Positions 17,632 to 26,623 of a stretch of DNA of 64,000 bases are shown here, one piece after another; the stretch's first letter is position 1; each line of letters opens with the position of its first letter. Source of the stretch: an uncultured Candidatus Saccharibacteria bacterium (lineage in GTDB: Bacteria > Patescibacteriota > Saccharimonadia > Saccharimonadales > UBA4665); contig CAYZZH010000001.1 in the NCBI GenBank assembly GCA_964483005.1, positions 23,370 to 87,369 on the forward strand. Reading direction: 5' to 3'. The translations under genes and the position numbers were made by a program. The notes under the pieces are model-generated. The model saw only the letters and a program-made list of their open reading frames with translations, made no database searches and was not told the origin of the DNA.

Positions 17632-18750
17632 TTGACCGACTATACAGTTACGTATGCGCAGAATCGTGAGGACATAATAATAGCAGGTTTCTTCCCGGCG
17701 GGGTATTGTGGCTTTTATGTCGACGTAGGAGCAAATGATCCGGTAAAAGATTCGGTTACCAACTACTTTTATAGGTTGGGCTGGAGAGGTATGAATATTG
17801 AACCGATTGAAAGGCATTATAAAAATCTTTGCACACAGCGCCCACGCGATATCAACCTTAAGACTGGAGTCGGTACTAAGGCTGGTGAACTAGCGTTTCG
17901 TGAATACGCAGGCGATGGGTTGTCGACCTTTTCTAACAATATGAAAAAGCAATACGAAAGAGGAGCAGAAGACGGTAACACCGCAAAATACAAGGACTAT
18001 ATCGTACAGATAAAAAAACTGGAAGATATATTTCTACAGTACTCAGTAACAAATATTGATTTTATTAAAATTGACGTCGAGGGATATGAATACGACGTTA
18101 TAGTGAGCAATAACTGGAAAAAGTACCGGCCAAAAGTCATATGCATAGAGGCAAATCATATTAATAAAGACTGGAGGCCTGTACTGAGGGACAATGGATA
18201 TATCTTGAAATTTTTTGATGGGCTTAATGAATACTATGTTGATAAAACAATAAAGTCGCTTCTGTCGTTTGATTACGTCAAAGCGGTCATAGGTATAAAC
18301 TATATACGTAATGACGTTTTTCGTGAATTACACTATGTCCAAAAAGATATTCAGCGTCTAAAGCAAGAAAATAGCGAACTTTATGAGCGTATTACCTATC
18401 TCGACGCACATATTTACGAACAATCACGACTAAAGAACATGATCAAGAGTTTGATTAGAAAGGTGCACACCATTGCCTTGCTCTATCTTACGAAGTCTTT
18501 TAGAGGTAAAAAACGCTATCCTAAAATCAGTGAGGCTGACTTTTCTTCTTCAGAAAGTATGATCAGTGTTATTCATCAAGCTGACGTAAAAGCATTTAAT
18601 ACAAAACTTTCATTGGGCGCTAGGTCTAGAATAGTGCTTGCTAAAGGCGTGTATATTATGTATAGAGCAGCGGCGAGATCAATGTTTTTAGCTCTAAAGC
18701 ACCTTAAAAGACTGGTCAGGCAATCTAAAAAGCGAGATAAAACCCTATGA
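17632..18750 (+). CDS. FkbM-family methyltransferase with a C-terminal coiled-coil
   Basis: 372 aa. YAQNREDIIIAGFF..YVDVGANDPVKDSVTNYFYRLGWRGMNIEP...GELAFRE. Then a heptad-rich stretch, LHYVQKDIQRLKQENSELYERITYLDAHIYEQSRLKNMIKSL. Confidence 0.65.
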   Translation: MTDYTVTYAQNREDIIIAGFFPAGYCGFYVDVGANDPVKDSVTNYFYRLGWRGMNIEPIERHYKNLCTQRPRDINLKTGVGTKAGELAFREYAGDGLSTFSNNMKKQYERGAEDGNTAKYKDYIVQIKKLEDIFLQYSVTNIDFIKIDVEGYEYDVIVSNNWKKYRPKVICIEANHINKDWRPVLRDNGYILKFFDGLNEYYVDKTIKSLLSFDYVKAVIGINYIRNDVFRELHYVQKDIQRLKQENSELYERITYLDAHIYEQSRLKNMIKSLIRKVHTIALLYLTKSFRGKKRYPKISEADFSSSESMISVIHQADVKAFNTKLSLGARSRIVLAKGVYIMYRAAARSMFLALKHLKRLVRQSKKRDKTL

Positions 18751-21083
18751 GCGTAGAAAAAAAGCTTGTTATTGACTGTCAGGTTTTTCAAACGTCTTCG
18801 TGGCACCGTGGTATGGGTAAGTATTCGTTGGCTCTTCTCGATGCGCTTCTAGCCGAAAGAGAGCTCCGGGTAACATATAAGCCATACTTTATTTTTAATG
18901 ATTCTCTACAAGTTCCCGAAGCGGTCGAGACTATGCTCGCAAAAGCTGACCAAGGGACAATCATCCGTTTGCCATTAAAGCTTCCGCGGGAACCACGGAA
19001 TGAGCATTCTGTCGAGGAGGCTCGTCTGGCCAACAAATCCATCTTTGGACATCACCTCCCTAGCTATGTAAGCGGAGCATTTGACTACATGATTCTTGCG
19101 CTATACCTTGATGAAGTCTGTCCGGTTTTTCCAGATAATGCAGAGGAAAAGTTACTTATCTACTACGATGCTATACCCCATCTGTACTACGAACGGTATA
19201 ACAAGTTTGCTGGGTTCTTCGATAATTTTTATTATCCACACACTGCGACGGTGTATGAAGCAACTAAGCTCCTGGCCATTTCCAAGACAGTAGCAAATGA
19301 CCTAACTGTCACATTTGGCTTTCCCGCAGAGCGAATACATGTTATTAATGGGGCGCCCATTCCTAGAGAAGAACTTGAGCCAGACATACCCTGCGCCCAA
19401 CTGCTCAAGAGTACTCGGTACATTCTTATGCCGACAGGCCAGGAGTTGCGCAAGAATAATAAACGAGCTGTCGAGGGTTTCTCGTTGTTCAACCAATCAC
19501 TTGAGAAGAAGTTAAGGCTAGTTATTACGTCTCATTTTACAGAGGAGGGGCGTAAGGAACTGCAGGCTATCAGCCGTGACATTGTTTTTACGGGCAATGT
19601 AAGTGAGTCAGAAATAGACTGGCTTTATCAGAATTGTGAAGCGCTGCTTTTCCCGTCAGAGTACGAGGGCCTAGGGCTTCCTGTGCTAGAAGGGGTGTGT
19701 GCAAACAAACCGATAGCCTGCTCCGATATATCGGTGTTCAGAGAAATATCGCATGATGCCTTTGAATTTTTTAATCCATTTGATACGCAAGATATCGCGA
19801 CGGCTTTGCGGCATCAGTACGACGCCGACGGCGTATCACCGAAAGCGTACCGCAAGATTAAACAACGCTATACGTGGCAAGAAACGGCTCGAGCCAGCTT
19901 AGTGGCGTTACGTACTCGATCACCAGGTTTAACGAAGAAAGTAAAAAGGCTCAAGGTGGCAATATTTTGCCCCGATCCTGCGGGCTTCTCGGCAATCGGC
20001 AAAGTTGTGATCGAGAGTCATGCATGGTATGCGGAATACTTTGATATAACGTATTACTTTGATCGGGGGCCAAACCATAAGATAATGCGACCCAACCCTT
20101 TGCCAGCTCTCGTGCACTGCCGGTCTGCGGAGGATGTTACTGCCGCAGATCTCGCTGTGTATGACGCGACCATATACCATATCGGTAACAGTGAATATCA
20201 TCTCAACACACTACATGTCGCACTGGCAGTACCGGGCTATGTAATCTTACACGATACCTTCTTGCAGGGTGCATACAATGGTTTCGCTGAGCTTGGCTAT
20301 ATTTCATCGCAGAGATTTGAACTCGAGAAGAAACTCGATGGGCTAACAGAAGCTACTCAATCTCAGAGTACATTTCTCGTATCACTTATAAATAATCAGC
20401 ACGGAATAATTGCTCATTCTGGTTATGCAAAACGCGCAATTAAAGAGAGACTCTTTAATAAAAATGTGAGCGTACGACAGGCTAATCTTCCGGTCTCTGT
20501 GCCGGTATTTCCCGAAACGGTGTATCGTCCTGTGGGCTCAGTGACGACGATAGCATTTGCGGGCATCTTAGCGAGTGTGAAAGGCATTGATGTTATGGAA
20601 GAAATCGCGACTTCAGAGGAATTTAATGAATGTCAGATAAATATTTTTGGTTATAGTGCGGTAGAGCCAGAGCAAGTGAACAAGCTTAGAAATCTACCGC
20701 ATGTGCGTCTTGTGACAAGCCCAAGCGATCACGAGTTTCAGACCCTCATGAGGCAAACAGATATACTCATCAACGTCCGGCTGGCCTATAGAGGAGAAAC
20801 GTCGCTTACTACACTTGAGGCGATGCGCTACGGCGCAGTCGTATTTGTACGCGCCTTTGGATGGTACGACGAGCTACCAGATGATGTTGTTATCAAGCTT
20901 GACGACCCGTATATGACAATGCCAAAACTAAGCGACACAGTGCGCAACCCCGAGGGGTGTCAACAAATAGGTGAAAGAGCTGTACGCCACATCGCCCTAC
21001 ATCACAAACATAAGACATATGCACAGACTATGTATGAGCTCATCATAAACGTCAAAAATCAAAAAGACGAGACGGAGCAATAG
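18747..21083 (+). CDS. Two-module glycosyltransferase (tandem GT4-like domains)
   Basis: 778 aa. LFPSEYEGLGLPVLEGVCANKPIACSD in the N-terminal half, and GETSLTTLEAMRYGAVVFVR in the C-terminal half. Confidence 0.7.
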   Translation: MSVEKKLVIDCQVFQTSSWHRGMGKYSLALLDALLAERELRVTYKPYFIFNDSLQVPEAVETMLAKADQGTIIRLPLKLPREPRNEHSVEEARLANKSIFGHHLPSYVSGAFDYMILALYLDEVCPVFPDNAEEKLLIYYDAIPHLYYERYNKFAGFFDNFYYPHTATVYEATKLLAISKTVANDLTVTFGFPAERIHVINGAPIPREELEPDIPCAQLLKSTRYILMPTGQELRKNNKRAVEGFSLFNQSLEKKLRLVITSHFTEEGRKELQAISRDIVFTGNVSESEIDWLYQNCEALLFPSEYEGLGLPVLEGVCANKPIACSDISVFREISHDAFEFFNPFDTQDIATALRHQYDADGVSPKAYRKIKQRYTWQETARASLVALRTRSPGLTKKVKRLKVAIFCPDPAGFSAIGKVVIESHAWYAEYFDITYYFDRGPNHKIMRPNPLPALVHCRSAEDVTAADLAVYDATIYHIGNSEYHLNTLHVALAVPGYVILHDTFLQGAYNGFAELGYISSQRFELEKKLDGLTEATQSQSTFLVSLINNQHGIIAHSGYAKRAIKERLFNKNVSVRQANLPVSVPVFPETVYRPVGSVTTIAFAGILASVKGIDVMEEIATSEEFNECQINIFGYSAVEPEQVNKLRNLPHVRLVTSPSDHEFQTLMRQTDILINVRLAYRGETSLTTLEAMRYGAVVFVRAFGWYDELPDDVVIKLDDPYMTMPKLSDTVRNPEGCQQIGERAVRHIALHHKHKTYAQTMYELIINVKNQKDETEQ

Positions 21084-21158
21084 CACAACCCTTCGACACT
21101 TTTGACACATCGATACTAGAGCCAGCCCCCAAACCACGTCACACTCCATTCAGCACGG

Positions 21159-21195
21159 ACACACCCTTACAACGCCGTGCGATGTAAGGGTGTGT
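21159..21195. terminator. 13-bp perfect hairpin between convergent genes
   Basis: ACACACCCTTACA (21159-21171) / TGTAAGGGTGTGT (21183-21195). Confidence 0.45.
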
Positions 21196-21203
21196 AGTCG
21201 TAT

Positions 21204-23510
21204 CTAAGGGACAAATATGCGGATGTCGGTGTAATCGCCGGGCTGGGTGAGTGTTACGCCAGAGTCAAGGAGTACAGGCTTTAGTTTTTCGTTATACGTA
21301 GTGCCAGTTATGGCAGTCCAGGGTGTTGTTTCGACGAAGCAAAATTTAGCGGTGTGGTTTGGTAGGACGATATGTGGATTTGGGATTATCTGTGTCCCAT
21401 TCTGGTCATACACGCTATCGAGCGTATCAACGGCAACCTGTTTAGGATTACGTGTGTCTGTCCAAAGATAGCTAAAGATACTTAGATTATTTGCATTGGC
21501 TGTAGCAACGGCAACGGAAGGCACGCCCGGCCATTTTACAGTTTTGTCATGCCAGGCGTAAGCGCCCTTGTTTTTGTACTGGGTACACACCCAGATGGAC
21601 GCGCCTTTTGCTATCCCCAGGGCTTGATTTTGGGCACTGAGTTTTGCTTGCCAGGCTGGTGTAGCAATTTCGTAGCCCGTAACTGCATTTAGGCTAATGC
21701 CCGAGCCGTACAGAACTGGCTTGAAATACTCTACATACTTTCCTGTTTTGACGCTCCACGGTGCGGTTACTGTTACTTTAAACTCTACGATTTGACCAGG
21801 CAGTACAAGGTGCTGATTGACCGCAGCGGATTGACCGTCTGATTCATAGACTTTGTTAAATATCTTTGCTGCGATACCGTTTGTTGGCCATGTGCTGCTA
21901 AAAATACTCATATTATTACCGTTTGCTGTAGCGAGATATACAGGTGGGAGACCAGGCCAGTTTGCGGCGTCATCACGCCACGTGAACTGACCAGTATTGC
22001 GGTATTTCATGAGTAGCTCGGTAGATTCACCTGGGGTTAACGATGGCCATTCACTTTGTCCAGCATTTGCAGCCCGAAAGACAGGAGGGACATCGACAGC
22101 TATGACTGCTTGCGCGCTGTCGCCTAGATCAATCGATGTGCCAGCCAAGACCGGTTTGAACGTCTCTGCATAAGAACCACTTGCGAGCGACCAGGGAACA
22201 GTAAGAGGGAAAGTAAAGCTGATGATTTGACCAGGGTTTATAATGTGTTGGCTAGCTATAGATAATGTGACCCCATCTGATTCATACACTTTCGTTGTTA
22301 CGTTTGGCGTATAGCTATTAACCCAGCCGTAGGAGAAAATGCTGCTGCGTGCAAATGGATTTGTCGTGGCGAGCCTGAGCGGTGGTATGCCCGGCCAGTC
22401 AACACTGTCGTCGTGCCATGCCCATAGTCCTGTGTTGCGGTAACTGAGCGTAATGGTTCCGCTCGTACCAGCACCGGCGCTAATAGAGGGGCTTTGGGTG
22501 ATGAGTGAAGCATTGAATAGGTTCCCATAGGTCGTGACAAACCAGTCGCTGTATACGCGCCAAAAGTTTCGATTTCCGTATGCGCTACATCTATCCCCCG
22601 TGCCGTACATGTTCGAGAGCGCCGCTGCGTTTGGTTGATATGGGGTGTAAGTGTAGAGTGCAGCCGTTGCTCTAGATTCAATATAGACATTTGAGGCACC
22701 ACAGCCGCTTGGCTCCACATTCCATAATATGCTGTTTGTTTGGTAAGGCTTTTTGTACTGCCACCATGGCTGGGTCATACTATCTAGGTACCACCGCAAT
22801 AGGGCGGCGGCTTCGTCCATTTGTAGAGAAAACCCAGCATAGTTGCTGTCGCAGTTTGCGCTACCGCCAGGACCACTATCGGGGCAGTGCGCGCCCATTG
22901 CGTACAGGTATTGGTTTTGAAAGGGCCAATCATCAGAGGTCAAGGGACCAGCTGACTCGGTGCCAAGCTTTACGAGGAGAACCTTAGGATTAATACCGTA
23001 CTTTACGGCCGAGTCATGGATAAGCTGAGCGGCACTTTTGGCGCCGGCTGGTTTGGGTAGCCCTGCGAAGTTGCTCGTAGGAATACTGGGCCCCGGAGAA
23101 AGCTTCGGCACCTCATAGTAGTCTTTGAGGCATGTAAATGGGATTGCGCCATCACTACTTTGATAGTAGGTGTTATAGCGTTGAGCGTAGGTTGCCCGTG
23201 ATGTTGTAACCCATGGTCCGATTGTCTGCGAAAAACTTGGCTGCCCAGTCGAGGAATTATAATAATATCCCACGCTCTTGGTGCCGTAGTTGTCGCAAAC
23301 GGGGACTTTACTATTCAAGAAGTTCTGAATATCTGGTACCGACATAGCGGCTGAGTCGGCGAAAACACTGTCGTCAATGATTCTGCCGGCCTTCCAATCA
23401 GAGGCTGCAATTGCTGATGCGTGGTTTTTGCCCAGTATGGCTGCCATCATAGAGGTAGTTAGAGCTACTAAAAGACAGAGAATAATGGCGTTGTGTGTGT
23501 GCCGTCTCAT
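21204..23510 (-). CDS. Secreted protein: ~330-aa N-terminal domain of unknown function plus three ~145-aa tandem Ig-like repeats
   Basis: 768 aa, with a signal peptide. Repeats share YRNTG.W.W.DD...WPG.PP..LAT.N...SIFS..W......KVYESDG.....H...PGQI..F....T.PW....G.Y.E.FKPVL. Confidence 0.5.
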   Translation of the reverse strand: MRRHTHNAIILCLLVALTTSMMAAILGKNHASAIAASDWKAGRIIDDSVFADSAAMSVPDIQNFLNSKVPVCDNYGTKSVGYYYNSSTGQPSFSQTIGPWVTTSRATYAQRYNTYYQSSDGAIPFTCLKDYYEVPKLSPGPSIPTSNFAGLPKPAGAKSAAQLIHDSAVKYGINPKVLLVKLGTESAGPLTSDDWPFQNQYLYAMGAHCPDSGPGGSANCDSNYAGFSLQMDEAAALLRWYLDSMTQPWWQYKKPYQTNSILWNVEPSGCGASNVYIESRATAALYTYTPYQPNAAALSNMYGTGDRCSAYGNRNFWRVYSDWFVTTYGNLFNASLITQSPSISAGAGTSGTITLSYRNTGLWAWHDDSVDWPGIPPLRLATTNPFARSSIFSYGWVNSYTPNVTTKVYESDGVTLSIASQHIINPGQIISFTFPLTVPWSLASGSYAETFKPVLAGTSIDLGDSAQAVIAVDVPPVFRAANAGQSEWPSLTPGESTELLMKYRNTGQFTWRDDAANWPGLPPVYLATANGNNMSIFSSTWPTNGIAAKIFNKVYESDGQSAAVNQHLVLPGQIVEFKVTVTAPWSVKTGKYVEYFKPVLYGSGISLNAVTGYEIATPAWQAKLSAQNQALGIAKGASIWVCTQYKNKGAYAWHDKTVKWPGVPSVAVATANANNLSIFSYLWTDTRNPKQVAVDTLDSVYDQNGTQIIPNPHIVLPNHTAKFCFVETTPWTAITGTTYNEKLKPVLLDSGVTLTQPGDYTDIRIFVP

Positions 23511-23513
23511 ACC

Positions 23514-24071
23514 CTACGTTACCTGTAGTTTTATTGTTTTTTCAAGCGATGCTCCACCGGATGAGGGGGAGACCGTCAGCGTGATGTCCCATGAGCCGAC
23601 GCCGACACTGCTCACCGGCACGCTGAATCCGCTGCAGGAAGAAAATTCTGGCTGATACATAACATTGGCGGATACGGTTGATGACCGCGCCCCGTTTTTA
23701 ATCGTCAGAGTACACGTACCAGCTGATACATTTTGCAGCTTGGTGAGGATTATCACAGTTTGGTCCTGTTTCGCTGCCGTCATACTTGCAATAGCACTCA
23801 CTGAGTTCGATGAAGTTGGAGGCAGCCCAGGAGTAGGGGTAGTAGTATTTGCCGTTTTGTCTAGGAATGCTTCTTTTTGCTGGCTGGCCGTCTTTTCCTG
23901 GAGAACCACCTCTTCTTTAGTGGGTCCGTTTGTAGTAGTGTCAGAGGGTTTTGCGCGAGGATAATAGTGCAGAGCTATAAAGCAGATTGCTCCAAGTACG
24001 AGCACAATAAATACAATGATGATGAATTTATGCGATGTAAAACCAGTAGGTCTTGTGTTTGTTTTTTTCAT
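23514..24071 (-). CDS. Hypothetical membrane-anchored protein
   Basis: 185 aa. N-terminal TM FIIIVFIVLVLGAICFIAL. Thr/Ser-rich linker. Confidence 0.45.
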   Translation of the reverse strand: MKKTNTRPTGFTSHKFIIIVFIVLVLGAICFIALHYYPRAKPSDTTTNGPTKEEVVLQEKTASQQKEAFLDKTANTTTPTPGLPPTSSNSVSAIASMTAAKQDQTVIILTKLQNVSAGTCTLTIKNGARSSTVSANVMYQPEFSSCSGFSVPVSSVGVGSWDITLTVSPSSGGASLEKTIKLQVT

Positions 24072-24199
24072 AATCAGTATGGATAACCATAAGAATTATA
24101 CACTACAGTTTGAGGCTTGACAAGATGCTGATAATCCCGCATGAGGTTTAGCTGCTGCCACAAAAGTGGATCTCTCATGGTGCTGAAACAGGGTCAGGG

Positions 24200-25873
24200 C
24201 TATTTGTCGAAGCCAGAAAAGTGCGACATTTTGCTGCCAATATCATAGTCAAACACCAAAATCTGTATACCAGCTACAGTAATAGTCTTTGTAGGATTTC
24301 CAAACTGCTTTATTACCTGCGCTGGAGTACAGTTTGGAGGGGCGCTGTAAGAAGGGTCATATAAGTAAAAACTTTTCTCTGCAGGCTTGCCAAATTGACT
24401 TCCGTCGACGAGCCATTTAAATGTACGTAGCTGGCCGCCCTCACAAAGAGTCGGCAGATAGAGTGTTGTTCCTTTTGAAAGGTAGGTATTAATGTTGCCT
24501 TGCCAATATGTTGTATAGCCTTTATGAACGTGGAGGTTGTCTACTGCCCGGATGAGCGTATAATTGAGCGCATTCCCCATGTTACTACTGACGTTTGGTT
24601 GGCCTTTTACGTAACCACTCATCGTCGTAATGCTGAGATTGAAGCATGTTCCACCGAGGAGGAGTAGCACGAGTATTGCCCGGGCTAACTTATTCAGTTT
24701 TGACCCCAGCGTAAACACCAAAGCAATGATGCCACAGTATACGAAAACAACAAAGAAACGATAGTTCGACACAAGCACGAGCGTTGAGACAGTATAAACG
24801 ATGAACATAAAGAGCATGACAATACCCCAAAATATCTTCCATAACTCGGGCAGCTTCAGAGTATGAATAGTTGATACCTTGAGTCTCTGTGCACTATGCC
24901 AAATGTACCACCAGATAACAGCGACGAGAGATGCATTCATCAAATTCCCAAATGTCGACGGGGCAGTAACTTGTTTGCCAAAAAAATCTGCCCCAAAGAT
25001 TATGAGTAATCCTTGCAGGGAATTTGCAACATTGAGAAGAAGCCCATCTAGACCGACAAAGGCAGAGGGTATCTCTGCGGGTATATGAAGCCCAGCCTTC
25101 TGCCCGATATATGCAAACACGCTTGAAGATATGATGCTCGCAAAGCTTCCGACTGTAATTAATACAAGTTTTTTGCGGTCAATACGCTTTAGAGCAAAAA
25201 GCAGGACGGTAAAAATAAGTACCGGACCTAGAGTAAAAATAAGGAAATAGGGGTCACTGTATGAGACAAGCCCAACGTATAATATTGCTAAGACACTCAG
25301 AAGCTTATTCCGAACATTGCGTAACGGCATAAAATCATCAAAACATATGGCTGCCACAAGCATAAAAGTGAGCATCGCTATTCCGACCTCTAGTGTTCGC
25401 CAATCGGAGTTAAGATAATTTTGCACAAGCGGATACCCGAAACTTGCTAGCCAAATAAAGGGCAGCAGACTGGCTATATTGATGCGTAGTTTCAATTTAC
25501 GCATAAAATATACTGAAGCAAAATACGCAGATACAAAAGTCAAAATAGTAATGAACCAAGCCTCAAAAAGTATCAGAGACCTACTGGGCGCAAAAATAGA
25601 CTCAAAGAACATAAAAAACGGCGCAAGCATCACAAAGATGTCTTTTGTGCCAAAGTAAAATATCTCGCCACTGAAAGGTCTCCAGGTTCGGATTGTCTGC
25701 TGCCAGTATAGGTCATCACTGTTAAAGGGTCGTATACTGCCAATATAAATAATATTAAAAGAGAGTATGACAAGACCTATAAATAATATGATTGCGACAG
25801 GGTGTTTTTTGATTAAGGCTGTTATTCTTCGGATAAACGGTTTGTTTCGCATGTGTCGTAGGCCGGTAAGCAT
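24200..25873 (-). CDS. Polytopic membrane protein with a C-terminal extracytoplasmic domain; GT-C-type glycosyltransferase candidate
   Basis: Track ORF 24200..25900. ATG 25873 is preceded by GGAGGAG. About 12 predicted TM segments, then a ~130-aa soluble tail. Confidence 0.45.
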   Translation of the reverse strand: MLTGLRHMRNKPFIRRITALIKKHPVAIILFIGLVILSFNIIYIGSIRPFNSDDLYWQQTIRTWRPFSGEIFYFGTKDIFVMLAPFFMFFESIFAPSRSLILFEAWFITILTFVSAYFASVYFMRKLKLRINIASLLPFIWLASFGYPLVQNYLNSDWRTLEVGIAMLTFMLVAAICFDDFMPLRNVRNKLLSVLAILYVGLVSYSDPYFLIFTLGPVLIFTVLLFALKRIDRKKLVLITVGSFASIISSSVFAYIGQKAGLHIPAEIPSAFVGLDGLLLNVANSLQGLLIIFGADFFGKQVTAPSTFGNLMNASLVAVIWWYIWHSAQRLKVSTIHTLKLPELWKIFWGIVMLFMFIVYTVSTLVLVSNYRFFVVFVYCGIIALVFTLGSKLNKLARAILVLLLLGGTCFNLSITTMSGYVKGQPNVSSNMGNALNYTLIRAVDNLHVHKGYTTYWQGNINTYLSKGTTLYLPTLCEGGQLRTFKWLVDGSQFGKPAEKSFYLYDPSYSAPPNCTPAQVIKQFGNPTKTITVAGIQILVFDYDIGSKMSHFSGFDK

Positions 25874-26056
25874 GGTGGCTCCTCCCATAGAAGCATACAT
25901 GGTTTTCCGTGCTCCGTAAATCCTTCCCTACACGCACCTCTCCCCTTGTAAATGCCAGCATGGTGAAAAGCTTCGTGTGATCGGTTACGAGTGGACGTGG
26001 GCGCTCTGAAGATATTTACTTTTGTGTAGACAACAGATATTAGATAATATATACAT

Positions 26057-26623
26057 ATGATTCGTGGGCTTTTCTTTGATCTAGATGGAACGCTTGTAGA
26101 TACGCACCGCGCAAACTACGAGGCCTATAAGCATGCGCTTGGGCTTGAGGGTTTTAAAATTGACTTTGATCAGTTTAAACAAACGATTGGTATGCATGCT
26201 GGGCAGTTTCTACCCTTGCTCGCACCGGGCCTTTCCGTCAAAGGTTTTGATAGGGTCACGCAGAACAAGGCTGCGAAGTATCGAGAGATCGGCCATACGA
26301 CGACGCTCAATACGAACCTCAGGTCTTTTATAGAAAAGATGAAACCACGTATGAAAATTGCTCTGGTAACTACGGCAAAACGAGTAAACGCTGAAGCGAT
26401 CTTACAGTACCATGACCTGACCGAACTATTCGATACAGTTATTACTGCAGACGACGTAAAGGTTAGCAAGCCAGATCCTGAAGCGTACGTGCTTGCACTA
26501 GATAAAACAAAGCTACACTCTTATGAGGTGATTGCTTTTGAGGATTCGGAAACAGGCAGAAAAGCAGCGGAGAGTGCAGGTATCGCCGTAGTGGTAGTAA
26601 AGGACTTTCACGATGTCACTTAG
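26057..26623 (+). CDS. HAD-superfamily hydrolase (beta-phosphoglucomutase-like subfamily)
   Basis: 188 aa. FFDLDGTLVDT motif I, VTTAKR motif II, FEDSETGRKAAESAG motif III/IV. Confidence 0.7.
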   Translation: MIRGLFFDLDGTLVDTHRANYEAYKHALGLEGFKIDFDQFKQTIGMHAGQFLPLLAPGLSVKGFDRVTQNKAAKYREIGHTTTLNTNLRSFIEKMKPRMKIALVTTAKRVNAEAILQYHDLTELFDTVITADDVKVSKPDPEAYVLALDKTKLHSYEVIAFEDSETGRKAAESAGIAVVVVKDFHDVT

